Source: Promethearchaeota archaeon (lineage in GTDB: Archaea; Asgardarchaeota; Lokiarchaeia; Sigyniarchaeales; SOKP01). From it: a stretch of 64,000 nt of DNA. Every line of letters begins with the position of its first letter. Within the stretch, counting starts at the first letter, position 1. This document shows positions 30,848 through 42,056 of this stretch, piece by piece. The notes below the pieces were generated by a model, which saw only the letters and a list, made by a program, of their open reading frames with translations, was not told the origin of the DNA and made no database searches. The translations under genes and the position numbers were made by a program. Location of the stretch: contig JBHLNF010000001.1 of the NCBI GenBank assembly GCA_048937405.1, positions 448,001 through 512,000 of the forward strand. Reading direction: 5' to 3'.

Positions 30848-31168
30848 CTAATTTATCTTAGTGAAGAATTCTTCATTTGGGGAGAATGATTGGTTCTGCT
30901 GAATTTTAATCGAGATGAAAGGAAAATCTATTGGACCAAAAATATCTTTTATAAATCCAATTCTTTCATATTTCTCATTATAAACTAAGTTTTTAAAAAT
31001 CTTTTCTAAACTCTTATTCCACTTTTTTGCTCTAAATATTTGATGTTTCTTGGTTGATTGTCCAATGTAGAATAAGTTCAATTTAACCCAGTTTTTTTTC
31101 AATAGATCCCCTTTAGAGTAGATAAAATTTAAAATTAAAATAAATGATGGTAGGTAATATTTAAACAT
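30848..31168 (-). CDS. gar1: H/ACA RNP subunit Gar1
   Basis: [19 protein letters not shown]; conserved archaeal gar1-tfb adjacency; true start probably internal. Confidence 0.75.
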   Translation of the reverse strand: MFKYYLPSFILILNFIYSKGDLLKKNWVKLNLFYIGQSTKKHQIFRAKKWNKSLEKIFKNLVYNEKYERIGFIKDIFGPIDFPFISIKIQQNQSFSPNEEFFTKIN

Positions 31169-31267
31169 AATGGTTTTTATAAGAATTTCGATAAAATTGA
31201 TTATCAGAAATTTATTAATTTAAAATGATATCAAAATGATCATTAGTTTCAAACAAATATCAACTTT

Positions 31268-32389
31268 TTAACAAAAATCCTTTGTCAAGCTATATTTTTT
31301 CTTACAATCACACTCATATTCTGATTTTTCTAACTCAGATATATTTTGAGTCAAAACAAAATTCTTTAGTGAAGTTTTTGCTGAATTCTCACAACTTCTC
31401 TTCAAACAATTATGGATTCCTCTTTTTGTACCGGCTCCCGATGGATCACATAATAACCGTATGTTATTTGGACTTCCTTCACTAATCGATTTCTTTATAC
31501 ATTTAAATAGGGAATAAAACCATGGTGGACGATATCTATTTTGAAACCACAAATATTCTGTAAGAGTACCTTTTTGAATATTCATTGGATTAATTGAAAT
31601 TGAATTTACACCCAAATTCTTTAATATTTCTATCGAATTGGAACAATCATCAATCGCAGCTTGTTCATTTAAAAACAGTGGTTTAAACAATAAATACACT
31701 TTTACTCCAATATCATAGTCTTTACATCTTTCTAAAGTAGTATTAAAATCTTTAAAGAGAATTCCTTTATTTATATAATTATTCCTTATGTAATCATTTA
31801 TAGTTTCAAGTCCAATAGCTATTTCAAAGTGTTTTTTTCCAAATAACTCCGTTATTTCTTCTAATTTTTCTTTAGTAATATATTCCACACGGGATTCAAT
31901 AACAATCTCCTTAAATTTTTCGACTTTTGAAATTTTTTCATAGATATATAATCTAACTTCTTCAGGTATTTCCTTTTCGTCTAAAAAGCTTCCAGAATTA
32001 AATATTTTAAAAATATAATTGTTAGAATCTTTACTTATTTCATTTATTTTATTATTAAAAGCATAATCAAATTGATTAATAAGATTCTTAATTGGTACTT
32101 CTTTGTTATAGGCATCTAAATAATATCCACACATAGAGCATCCTCCATAATCACTTAATGCCCAACTACATCCTCTCGTCCGTAAAATAATTGTAAAAGT
32201 CTTTCCTATTTCATTAAGTAACCTGTCATCTTTAATCCAATAACTTATTGGGTGTGATAATTTTTCTTCCTTATAGACCCCTTTACGTTTATAAGCATTT
32301 TGTTTAATTAACTTAATCTTCTCAATTAAACTTTCCTCTTCTTCCAAGAGATTAGTATACCCATTCATAGATTTTTGCAATTCTCCCAT
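31268..32389 (-). CDS. Archaeosine biosynthesis radical SAM protein RaSEA
   Basis: ILRTRGCSW...GGCSMCGY, FNSGSFLD, GLET, INKG, YRPPW, RGIHNC; overlaps arcS. Confidence 0.9.
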   Translation of the reverse strand: MGELQKSMNGYTNLLEEEESLIEKIKLIKQNAYKRKGVYKEEKLSHPISYWIKDDRLLNEIGKTFTIILRTRGCSWALSDYGGCSMCGYYLDAYNKEVPIKNLINQFDYAFNNKINEISKDSNNYIFKIFNSGSFLDEKEIPEEVRLYIYEKISKVEKFKEIVIESRVEYITKEKLEEITELFGKKHFEIAIGLETINDYIRNNYINKGILFKDFNTTLERCKDYDIGVKVYLLFKPLFLNEQAAIDDCSNSIEILKNLGVNSISINPMNIQKGTLTEYLWFQNRYRPPWFYSLFKCIKKSISEGSPNNIRLLCDPSGAGTKRGIHNCLKRSCENSAKTSLKNFVLTQNISELEKSEYECDCKKKYSLTKDFC

Positions 32390-34436
32390 TTTTAGAATTT
32401 TTTATGAAATTAGAACCAACAATTAGCTCCCCACTTCCTATTATCTCTTTCTTTCCTTTACTTACTATAATTACTTGACTGTATGGAATAAGGTCTTGAC
32501 TATATTCTAATACACCAGTTCGAAATAAAGTATTTCCTTGAATTTCCTCTCCATCAAAAATAATAAAATGTGAATTAATCATCTGAGTAAATTGAATTAA
32601 TCTTCTAAATCCTCTAATTGATAATTTAATTTGACCTGTTGATAAGTTAAAAAATCCTAATTTTTCGTGAGTCTTTGAATCATTTAATTCAATCTGATTT
32701 TTATCTTTGAAATGAGTCAATTTTAAACCATTTAAATTAACCTTTCTTCCTGAACCAATTCCAAATTGATAATCTAAAATTTTAGCAAACTTTCTACTCC
32801 AAGTTTTAGATAAAAATTCTTTATTTAGGTTTTGATTTCTTACTTGGAATAAATCTTTATATTCTTTAACTAATTCCTCTAATGATTGGAGAGATCGAAT
32901 AGATGTTGTCTTATCTTCAATTTTAGAGAAATAAAAATTATGTGGTAATTTTGAAGATGCTCTTTTTACAATTTCAAGGTATCCATTCTTCAAATGACAT
33001 ATTATAGGGATATTTTTATCATATTTTTCTAATAATTTGACAAGCATTTCAGATGTTATATTTGTTTCTTCATTATCCCATTCTCCTGTAACGGAAATGT
33101 CATAAGCATTAACTGGATAAACATTTTCTAACTGTCTTGGTATTACTCCTAAAGGTGAAGTTAGAATGAATTCTTGAAATTTAGGAAACTCATTAAATTT
33201 TCTTAAAACACTGGTAAATTTTATATGTGATTTTGAATCCGAATAAGGTTTTTTTGCCGAACATGGTAGCAAAATTATTAAATTTGTCCATGGTTCTGGT
33301 TCGAAATTCTCAATTGTATTTTCTCGAAAAAATTGGAAATCTGGTCTATAGTATGATGAGGGTCCTAAACTTCTTATTATTTTACTTTTTTGTATTACTG
33401 ATGTTTCGTATTTAAGCTGTTCATAATATTCTTTATCCAATACTTTTAATATTGAAATTAAATTTGTATCATCTAAGGAAGATTTTTCTACAAAAGCTCT
33501 AAAATCTTCATAACTTAAATACTGCTTGATCTTATTCATATAATTTGAAGCTGTAATTAAATTATGTAAGCTCAGTAAATTCAATTTTTCAGCAGAATAT
33601 TTATTATCTAATATCTTTTTTAAATTATCATTACAAACTATACAGGAACAAGGAAAATATTTTACTTTATATATTGGTAAGAGATATTCTATTGTATCAT
33701 AGAAGTTTTCTGCAGATAGAAATAAAGAATAAGAACAATCAATAAGATCTATCCCTAAATATATTAATAATGGATAATATTTTGGTATAATTCTACCTGA
33801 TGCCATTAAAATTAAATTATTATCCAACTCAGTTTTTATCTTAGAAATTATTTTTAGAATATTTCTGTAATTGCTTAAATTATCAAAAAGACTAGCTATA
33901 TTCACTATTTTGATATTATCAAATTTATTTATAATTTCTATAAATAAATCGATTAATTCAGAAAAATCAAATGTTCTTATAGTTAAACCAAAATTTAAAT
34001 TTGGATAATCAATTAGTATTTTTTCTGCATTTTGAAGATAATTTTTTATTTCTTTTAAGGCAAATTCTTTAGTAATACTAGTAGTGGGGATATTAAAGGG
34101 AATAATTGATATAATATTATCCTCAGCAAAAATTTCAGTATTTTTTTTCAATATTTCTCGAAATTTATGAATTGTTCCAGAATGAATGAAGACAAATCCA
34201 TTATTTTTAAATTTCTCTCGTAAAAATCCAATTTTCAAGAAAAATTCTTTGGAAATTGTAAAAATCTTGTGATCCTCAAACTCTTGAATGAAATTTAACT
34301 GTTTCATTAATGCACTTTTTATAGGGATGATAATGTTTGGTGTTGAAACATATAGTTTTCGTTCCTTAGAAAAGACAATTCGCCCAATTCTCGAATAACC
34401 AATCTTTGTAGCTAATACTTCAAAGAAATATGTCAT
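32352..34436 (-). CDS. arcS: Archaeosine synthase subunit alpha (TGT-like plus PUA)
   Basis: LLPCSAKKPYSDSKSH, LTSPLGVIPRQLE, YDISVTGEW, C-terminal PUA. Confidence 0.9.
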   Translation of the reverse strand: MTYFFEVLATKIGYSRIGRIVFSKERKLYVSTPNIIIPIKSALMKQLNFIQEFEDHKIFTISKEFFLKIGFLREKFKNNGFVFIHSGTIHKFREILKKNTEIFAEDNIISIIPFNIPTTSITKEFALKEIKNYLQNAEKILIDYPNLNFGLTIRTFDFSELIDLFIEIINKFDNIKIVNIASLFDNLSNYRNILKIISKIKTELDNNLILMASGRIIPKYYPLLIYLGIDLIDCSYSLFLSAENFYDTIEYLLPIYKVKYFPCSCIVCNDNLKKILDNKYSAEKLNLLSLHNLITASNYMNKIKQYLSYEDFRAFVEKSSLDDTNLISILKVLDKEYYEQLKYETSVIQKSKIIRSLGPSSYYRPDFQFFRENTIENFEPEPWTNLIILLPCSAKKPYSDSKSHIKFTSVLRKFNEFPKFQEFILTSPLGVIPRQLENVYPVNAYDISVTGEWDNEETNITSEMLVKLLEKYDKNIPIICHLKNGYLEIVKRASSKLPHNFYFSKIEDKTTSIRSLQSLEELVKEYKDLFQVRNQNLNKEFLSKTWSRKFAKILDYQFGIGSGRKVNLNGLKLTHFKDKNQIELNDSKTHEKLGFFNLSTGQIKLSIRGFRRLIQFTQMINSHFIIFDGEEIQGNTLFRTGVLEYSQDLIPYSQVIIVSKGKKEIIGSGELIVGSNFIKNSKNGRIAKIYEWVY

Positions 34437-34591
34437 ATCTTCATTAAAGAGTATTATTTAGTCATTTAAATTTTTTAACTTTAAATTATGAAATCTCTCA
34501 AAAGTATTAAGAATTTATGTATTTAATTTCAATCCTTAAGTTAATATTGAGTAAGACTTAAAATATTTGATAATATATTAAATCATTAAGT

Positions 34592-35563
34592 TTAGAACAT
34601 TCTGAAATTTATATATGGTATTAATTCGTCCAACACAAAATTTGTATATGTATCTTCTATCTCTTCAGAACTATATAATTCTCTTATAAAGATAGCATAA
34701 TCTTCTATTTTTTTTACTCTAACAATTCCAAAGAGTCCATATTGCTCACCTATTCGAAATAAATATGTAATATTTTTGTTCATATCCAGCTTGAGAGCAA
34801 TCTCATTGTATTTTGAAGGATCTTTTGGTTTTATTCGAAGCAGATATTTTCCTTCAAATCCTATTTTTTTTGGACAAAAATTAACAGTATAATTTAAAAT
34901 AATATCTTGTTGTTCGAGTTTTTTAATTCTGTTATAAATCGTTGATTGAGATATTTCATTTTGAAGTTTTTCTTTAAATATATTCTTTATTTCATATGTG
35001 GATATTGGTTTAAGACCTTGATTGTCACGTAGTATATTCAGAATTTTATAATCGATATTGTCTAATTCGCTGGTTTTTAAATTTTTAAGACTAATTCCAT
35101 TTGTTTTAAATACTTTAATAGTTTCAATAATTTGATATTTTTTAAAATAAGACTTAGCCATTATATTATCAATATTGTTTAAAATTTGATAATATTCTTC
35201 AGGGGATTTAAATATAAATAGGGCAAATAATGAAAAATCTCCGATAATACCATCCAACATTCTTAGCTGAGGTATATCTAATAATTCTTTGACTAGCTTA
35301 GGTTCTTTCGGATTGGTTTTAATTTCCATCATTACATATTTCAATGAATTTGGACGAATATTTGGATTAATATTTATTGTAAAATTTTTAATTATTTTTT
35401 GATCTTTCAAAATATCAATTTTATTTTGATAAGTCTGTCTAGAGAGTCCAATCGCACGTGAAATTTTTGAAATTATAAATTTGGTTTTTCCACTTAAGTT
35501 TTTAATAAATTTTTGAGCTTCTACTTGATCAATGATATTATTCAAATTATGACAATTTTCCAA
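34592..35563 (-). CDS. Tandem (double) Lrp/AsnC transcriptional regulator
   Basis: Two HTH + RAM modules (GLSRQT..., LDNIDYKIL...ISQSTIYNRIKKL). Confidence 0.82.
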   Translation of the reverse strand: MENCHNLNNIIDQVEAQKFIKNLSGKTKFIISKISRAIGLSRQTYQNKIDILKDQKIIKNFTININPNIRPNSLKYVMMEIKTNPKEPKLVKELLDIPQLRMLDGIIGDFSLFALFIFKSPEEYYQILNNIDNIMAKSYFKKYQIIETIKVFKTNGISLKNLKTSELDNIDYKILNILRDNQGLKPISTYEIKNIFKEKLQNEISQSTIYNRIKKLEQQDIILNYTVNFCPKKIGFEGKYLLRIKPKDPSKYNEIALKLDMNKNITYLFRIGEQYGLFGIVRVKKIEDYAIFIRELYSSEEIEDTYTNFVLDELIPYINFRMF

Positions 35564-35682
35564 TTTTTTTCTTTACTAATAATTAAGTGTTAAATATTAT
35601 ATATAAATTAATTGCACCTGACCAAAAAGAGCTTTATTAATTAATTAAAATTAATATTCTTATAAAAAACAAAGTGATTTAA

Positions 35683-36951
35683 ATGGTTAATTATAAAGTA
35701 GCTGATGAAAGTCTAGCAGAAAAAGGAAAAGAAGCATTGTATATCGCAGAAAGTAAAATGCCTGTCACTGCTAAGGTTATTCGTGAAAGATTTCAAAAAG
35801 AAAAACCACTAAAGGATATAACAATTGCAGGTTGTTTACACGTAACGAAAGAGACAGGTAATCTTGCTTTAACTCTTAAAGCTGGCGGTGCTGAAGTCTA
35901 TCTGTGCGGTAGCAATCCTTTATCAACTCAAGATGATGTAGCTGCAGCATTAATAAAGGAAGGAATTAATGTTTTTGCTTGGCATGGTAATACTGATGAA
36001 GAATTCTATTGGTGTATAAGGCAATGTTTAGATGCCAAACCAAACATCTTAATTGATGATGGAGGTGATATGATAGTCACTGCCCATCAAGAATACGAAA
36101 ATCTAATAAATTCAGATACCATTCTTGCGTGTCAGGAAGAAACTACCACTGGAGTTAAAAGATTCAAGGCAATGGACAAACAAGGAGTGTTAAAAGTGCC
36201 ATTATTTCCTGTTAATGATGCGCGATGTAAGAATCAATTTGATAACGAATTAGGTACAGGTCAAGGTATAGTCTCTGCGATTTATGGAATGCATGTTCTT
36301 TTTGCGGGGAAAAATGTAATCGTGGCAGGATTCGGTCACTGCAGCAGTGGAATGGCGTTGAGAGCTCGCGGTTTAGGTGCAAATGTAATTGTAACCGAAG
36401 TTGATCCGATTAAGGCTCTCCAAGCTAAATTTGCAGGATATCAAGTTATGCCTATAGCAGATGCTCTTTCTATTGCTGATATTATTCTAACAGCTACGGG
36501 TTGCAAGCATGTAATTTCCCCAACCAAAGAGATGTTTGATAAGTTCAAGGATGGAGTCATTCTCGGTAATCTCGGACATTTTGATATTGAAGTGCCAACC
36601 AAGGAACTTTACGAGTACGCTAAGGAAATTAAACCTATTCGTAGTAATGTAGAAGAATTAATCTTCCCCAACGGTAAAAGAGTTTATTTGCTGGCAAAAG
36701 GCCGTTTAGCCAACTTAGTGTTGTCAGAAGGACATCCTGCTGAGGTAATGGATATGTCATTCGGGCTTCAATCTCTAATGTCTGAATATATTGTCAAGAA
36801 CAAGGACTTATTAAAACCTGGAATAATTGATGTTCCAGTAGAGATAGATGACATGGTGGGCTTCTTAAAACTTCAATCTATGGGCGTTGAGATTGATAAA
36901 TTAACTGAGGAGCAATATAACTACATCCACGGCTTTCTTGAGGGGACCTGA
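35683..36951 (+). CDS. ahcY: Adenosylhomocysteinase
   Basis: GCLHVT, SNPLSTQDD, DDGGD, EETTTG, VNDA, GHFD, GRLANL, GHP..VMDMSF. Confidence 0.97.
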   Translation: MVNYKVADESLAEKGKEALYIAESKMPVTAKVIRERFQKEKPLKDITIAGCLHVTKETGNLALTLKAGGAEVYLCGSNPLSTQDDVAAALIKEGINVFAWHGNTDEEFYWCIRQCLDAKPNILIDDGGDMIVTAHQEYENLINSDTILACQEETTTGVKRFKAMDKQGVLKVPLFPVNDARCKNQFDNELGTGQGIVSAIYGMHVLFAGKNVIVAGFGHCSSGMALRARGLGANVIVTEVDPIKALQAKFAGYQVMPIADALSIADIILTATGCKHVISPTKEMFDKFKDGVILGNLGHFDIEVPTKELYEYAKEIKPIRSNVEELIFPNGKRVYLLAKGRLANLVLSEGHPAEVMDMSFGLQSLMSEYIVKNKDLLKPGIIDVPVEIDDMVGFLKLQSMGVEIDKLTEEQYNYIHGFLEGT

Positions 36952-37195
36952 GTAATCAGTATTGATAATATTTTTTTTTTCTTAACTTTTGTTTAATTTG
37001 CACTAGGTAGATGAGATATTTGAAAATAGAATACTTTTTATTTCATAATATTTTTTTCTTTATTTTTTTCTGAATAGCATAAACAATGGTAAAACCAGCA
37101 TTCATTAAAAGATAGATTATGTTTAAAACAGGTTTTATCTAAACATTTAATTTGAAATTGAGAAAAAGAAATTAAATATAACTAGTAATGTGAAT

Positions 37196-38092
37196 CTATT
37201 TGAGGTTTTTTTGGATGAAGTTTCCTATTTTTTCAATAGCTTCTCTACCTTCTGGAGTAGAAGCCCCAACTCCTGCAAACACATGAATCATATCTTCCCA
37301 TACATCTAAGGTTACATCAACACCTGCTTTTTTAGCGCGTTCTGCAAATCGTGTGCAGTCATCAAGCAACATTTCAGATGTTCCGACTTGAATAAAAAGA
37401 GGAGGGAGTCCTTTAAGGTCTGCATATAAAGGAGAAGCTAAATAATCTTTAGGATCAGTTTCCCCTAAATATGATTCCGTCATTAATTTAGCATATTCAG
37501 GAGATAGAAATGGATCTACATCCACTTTTGTTGTCATCGATTCTCCTGTCCCTGCTAAATCTGTAGCTGGTGATAGACAAACAGCAGCAGCAGGAAACGA
37601 TACACCTTTTTCTTTCAAAGTCACTAAAGTAGATAATGTTAAACATCCGCCAGCAGAATCACCTCCAATAATCAAATTATTCGGGTTGATTTTTTCATTT
37701 GTAATAAGCCATTGATATGCCGCTACAGAATCACTTATACCAGCGGGAAAAGGATGTTCAGGAGCTAAGCGGTAGTCAATTGCTAGCATCCGAATTTTAG
37801 CTGCCCGAGAAATTCGGTAAATTAAATCCCGATGAGTTGCTATTGATCCTGCGATAAATCCTCCTCCGTGTAAGTATAACATTACATGGTCATGATTTAC
37901 ATTTGGAGTGGTAATCCATTCTGCTGGAACGCCTCCAGCATCTACAGGTTCACAATTTACATCTTTCGGTAGCCCTGCCATTTTGCCTAACTGTTCTAAA
38001 GCATTACGTATGATTTCAACTGTTGGTTCCCTTGTGATTTCCTGAACTCGTTTCAATATTTTAATAACCCTTTGCATTCCCTTGCTAACCAT
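37196..38092 (-). CDS. Alpha/beta hydrolase (HSL-family esterase)
   Basis: YLHGGG, DYRLAPEHPFP, GDSAGG, D...HVF. Confidence 0.93.
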   Translation of the reverse strand: MVSKGMQRVIKILKRVQEITREPTVEIIRNALEQLGKMAGLPKDVNCEPVDAGGVPAEWITTPNVNHDHVMLYLHGGGFIAGSIATHRDLIYRISRAAKIRMLAIDYRLAPEHPFPAGISDSVAAYQWLITNEKINPNNLIIGGDSAGGCLTLSTLVTLKEKGVSFPAAAVCLSPATDLAGTGESMTTKVDVDPFLSPEYAKLMTESYLGETDPKDYLASPLYADLKGLPPLFIQVGTSEMLLDDCTRFAERAKKAGVDVTLDVWEDMIHVFAGVGASTPEGREAIEKIGNFIQKNLK

Positions 38093-38186
38093 TATAAATT
38101 TCCCTCTCTCGATTAAATTAAGTTGAAAAATTTCTAATTCTTATGCCTAAATTTTATATTTTAATTTTAAGCATTTAATTAGAATT

Positions 38187-39632
38187 TTATATAGATTTTT
38201 TAAAATCATTTTTGTCATTTAAAGTTTTTTTCCCTCTCATAAATGACAAGAAAGCTCCAGCAAGGCAAATTATTGAGGAGACAATTAATAAAATTTGCAT
38301 TCCTATTACGAATTCTTGCTTAGCAGTAGGATCTGTTATTAATGTTGAATTTGATAATATTGGATTTAGAATGGAGAGAGGGATGAAAAGAGTTAATATT
38401 GCACTTAATAATGCTACACTAATTGATTGTCCAACCACACGCATGGTAGAAAGAGTTCCAGCAGCAATCCCGTGATCTTTTGGTTCTACAGCATTCATGA
38501 TAGCAGAATTATTCGGAGAAGAGAATAGTCCAATCCCAAATCCAACCACAAATTGGGTTATTAGAATATATATTATAGGTAAAAATCTTATAAATATACT
38601 TAAAATGATATATCCAATCGCCATAATAACCATCCCTAACGTCGTTAAAATCCTAGTTCCCCATTTATCTGAAAATCTCCCACTTAATGGGGCTATACTG
38701 GCCATTGTGATTGTTGTCGGTAATAAGAATAAAGCCGTAATAGCAGGCGAGATTCCTAATATTGATTGAAGATATATTGAAAGTAAAAAACTAACCCCCG
38801 ATATAGCTGTATAATTGAATAGAGCTGCAAAATTAGCAAATGAAAACACTTTATTTCTTCTAAATAAACTTAGTTTAAATAATGGATATTTTGCTTTACT
38901 TTCTATATAAATGAATAAGATAATACTTGATGTTGAAATAATCAATAATAAAATAACTTGAATAGAACCCCATCCAACTAGGTTAGCGATGGTCAATGCT
39001 AAAAGCAAAGTAACTAAGAATGACATAAAGAGTAGTGTCCCCCAAATATCAAATCTCTCTTCTTTTATTCCCGGATTTACTTTTCTTAGTTTAAACCATC
39101 CCACAATTATGAGAATAATTCCTATTGGAACGTTTATAAAGAATATAAGCCTCCAAGTGGAAAATTGGACAATTATTCCTCCTAAAACAGGTCCAATAAT
39201 TAATCCTAAATATATAGTTGCAACATTAATACCTAATGCTTTACCAGTCTCTTCTCGAGGAAAAATGTCTGTTATCATAGAAGGTGCATTCGCTGATATA
39301 AAGGAACTTCCAATACCTTGGATTGCTCTAAAAATTACTAATATAATTCCAGAGGCTACAAATGTAGAAAAAAAACTTGCAAATGTAAAAAGAAAGATTC
39401 CAAACAAAAAAAATAATTTTCTTCCTTTCAAATCCGATAATCTCCCGAAACTGATGAGAGTAACTGCTTGAACTAACAAATATATTATCGGAATCCATTG
39501 GACAACTTCAAATGATGTTTTTAAATCTCTTGAAAGAGAAGGTATCGCAATATTTACGATACTTGCATCTAAAGAAGACATAAATACTCCGATAGTCGTT
39601 ATTATTAATACAGTCCACTTATAACGTACCAT
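38187..39632 (-). CDS. MFS transporter, DHA2 (EmrB/QacA-like)
   Basis: LDASIVNIAIP, GRLSD.KGRK, WRLIFFINVPIG, about 14 TM. Confidence 0.9.
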   Translation of the reverse strand: MVRYKWTVLIITTIGVFMSSLDASIVNIAIPSLSRDLKTSFEVVQWIPIIYLLVQAVTLISFGRLSDLKGRKLFFLFGIFLFTFASFFSTFVASGIILVIFRAIQGIGSSFISANAPSMITDIFPREETGKALGINVATIYLGLIIGPVLGGIIVQFSTWRLIFFINVPIGIILIIVGWFKLRKVNPGIKEERFDIWGTLLFMSFLVTLLLALTIANLVGWGSIQVILLLIISTSSIILFIYIESKAKYPLFKLSLFRRNKVFSFANFAALFNYTAISGVSFLLSIYLQSILGISPAITALFLLPTTITMASIAPLSGRFSDKWGTRILTTLGMVIMAIGYIILSIFIRFLPIIYILITQFVVGFGIGLFSSPNNSAIMNAVEPKDHGIAAGTLSTMRVVGQSISVALLSAILTLFIPLSILNPILSNSTLITDPTAKQEFVIGMQILLIVSSIICLAGAFLSFMRGKKTLNDKNDFKKSI

Positions 39633-39875
39633 TTTAATAATTCCTTATTTATAGGATTATGAATTCAAACATCTTCTACATTAAAAAGATTTTTCTAATG
39701 ATTTATTCATAAAAATAGAGTAGTACAAGCAAAAAAGAGACATCTTTTTTTCTCTGATTCAATTTATCCTATAATGAACTATTAATGCTTTTTTCTAACA
39801 AATTTTCGAGTTCTGACAAATATAGAGCTCTTTTACTTAACGCTTCAAAATAACTGGAGTATTTCTTAAGTATCT

Positions 39876-39970
39876 ATGATAGGATTCCTAAAACTACTAT
39901 CAATGGGCGTTGAGATTGATAAACTGATTGAAGAACAATATAACTACATCCACTGTTTTTTTTGAGGGGA
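39876..39970 (+). repeat. Degenerate duplicate of the ahcY 3' end (copy of 36853-36946)
   Basis: Translates MIGFLKLLSMGVEIDKLIEEQYNYIH versus ahcY MVGFLKLQSMGVEIDKLTEEQYNYIH; ends gagggga as in ahcY, after a frameshift. Confidence 0.9.
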
Positions 39971-40112
39971 AAATATATTCAATATTTTTTATTTTTCATA
40001 TATTCTTTCAAAATTACCTTTAACTTATTTAAAAATGTTTTATTATTAGAATTATCAAGTATTTTTATTAATAAAAAATACTGATAATACCAAATCAATA
40101 ATTTAACTAATT

Positions 40113-41267
40113 ATGTTTGATGTAAATGATTGTGTTAGATGTGGAGTATGCTTAAAAAGCTGTCCTATAATAGATTTGGATATCGATCAAGCTAAGGAAG
40201 AAATTGAGAATCTTATTGCTGGTTCGAGTTTTATTGTTGACCAATGTGCAATCTGTGGGACATGTGATTTAAATTGTCCTAATGATTTAACTCCATCATA
40301 TTTAATTAAAGAATTGAAATTAGCAAAAATAAAAGAATTAGAAGAAAATGGCAAAATTCGACGTTCAAGTAAATTTATATTCCCTTTTAATAAACCAAAT
40401 GTTTTTGAGTTTTATGAAAAAGTAATGATGAGTTCTGATGAAGCAAAAAATTTGAAAGAATGGAAATCACCTTCAAAATCTGAAGATCTGGTTTTACTAG
40501 GATGCTCTATTTCATATTTTATGCAGTATTTATTCAAAAATCCTACACTTGAAGGATTATTAGAAGGAAAAAGCTTTGCTGGAGGTATTGATTTTTGTTG
40601 TGGCGAAGTTTATCATAGAACGTGTATGCCTCTTCCGAATATTGATTTTGAAGAGCATTTATATTCTAAATTTTCTGACTTAGGAGTTAAACGATTAATT
40701 ATTTTTTGTAATGAATGCTATGAAGCTTATAAACATGAATATAAAAGGATTTCTAATGATTTTGAAATAATCTCAATTTGGAAATATATTGTAAGAGCAA
40801 TTGAATCAGGCAATTTAAATATAACAAATAAATTGAATCTTAAAGTCGCATTTCACGATTCATGTGTAGTAAAAAAATATCCTGAGTTATTGGATTATCC
40901 TCGAAAAATCGTTGAACTAACAGGTTGTGAAATAATAGAATTAGAACATAATCGCGAAAATGCGTTATGTTGTGGTTTATCTCTTGGTTTACTGGATCAA
41001 AAATTTATGGAAAAAATCCGAACGAAAAGATTTAGAGAATTTAAGAAAGCAGATACAAAATATATAATTAATACTTGCCCTGGGTGCATTTCTAACTTTG
41101 CATTTGATTATCGAATTCAAATGAAGAAATACAAGGTTTTATCTGTATTAGAACTCTTAAGAATGAGCTGTGGTGAAGAAATTAATTTATTTAAAAATGT
41201 AGAGGTTTTTAATGGTATATTAAATAAATCTATGGAGCTGTCAAGAAAAAGAAAGATGGAAAGGTAA
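40113..41267 (+). CDS. Fe-S oxidoreductase, HdrD/GlpC-like (CCG domains)
   Basis: CVRCGVCLKSCP, CAICGTCDLNCP, FCCGE, FHDSC, LCCG, TCPGC. Confidence 0.85.
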   Translation: MFDVNDCVRCGVCLKSCPIIDLDIDQAKEEIENLIAGSSFIVDQCAICGTCDLNCPNDLTPSYLIKELKLAKIKELEENGKIRRSSKFIFPFNKPNVFEFYEKVMMSSDEAKNLKEWKSPSKSEDLVLLGCSISYFMQYLFKNPTLEGLLEGKSFAGGIDFCCGEVYHRTCMPLPNIDFEEHLYSKFSDLGVKRLIIFCNECYEAYKHEYKRISNDFEIISIWKYIVRAIESGNLNITNKLNLKVAFHDSCVVKKYPELLDYPRKIVELTGCEIIELEHNRENALCCGLSLGLLDQKFMEKIRTKRFREFKKADTKYIINTCPGCISNFAFDYRIQMKKYKVLSVLELLRMSCGEEINLFKNVEVFNGILNKSMELSRKRKMER

Positions 41268-41450
41268 AATATTGCTGAATCTCTTTTTAATCTTAGGTAA
41301 TTTAGTTAATAATAGTTAAGAAATATAATGAAAAATAGAATAAGATCTTAAAAACTTATATCATTTCTGCTTTTTCTTAAATAATAAAAAATCACTATTC
41401 CATAACTTATCATCCAAGATTATATTATTATTTTTTTGGATTACCCAGAA

Positions 41451-41900
41451 TTATTTGTTTACTAATTCGATTGTTTTTCTATCTTCAACTTTTATTTCCA
41501 TTACAATTTTACCAAATCCTCCACATTTTAAACCGACATCCCCCGTACAATCAGAACGTTTAAATCTCATTTTATTAGAATCAACACCAGCATAATACAA
41601 TTCATTTGCAGCAAAGATTAAATGAGCTAATGCACTTAAAGCATATATACAAATTTTTTTAGGGCCATATTTTGTAAGTAATTGTCCAATCCCATTAAAA
41701 TAAAATTTATCGCCTACTTTATGTTGTGCAGTACAACCATGAGAGCAAACGACTTCAGTAATTATAGTTCGATCTAATAGTTTTAATGATTTTGAAATTG
41801 CCTCTAAATTTCTAGGATTTTCAAATAAAGTTTGTAATTCCTCATTTGTTTATCCATAGTGTTCCTTAATTTTATTCTTCATATCATCATTTATTTTCAT
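41451..41900 (-). pseudogene. Cys-rich hypothetical protein interrupted by TAA at codon 17
   Basis: MKINDDMKNKIKEHYG*TNEELQTLFENPRN...SHGCTAQHKVGD...KICIYAL...CTGDVGLKCGGFG; GGAGGT SD upstream; TAA at 41850-41852. Confidence 0.75.
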
Positions 41901-42056
41901 AATTTACCTCCATTATGGTTTTTGATTCTTAAATTTTTTAGTTTCACAAAATAGATTCTATTTTAAAAAGACTTTCGATAAAAGAAAACTAATTTTAAGT
42001 TGAAATTGAAAAATTAATATCCATCAATAATCAAAAATTACTCACTTCATTTCAAA

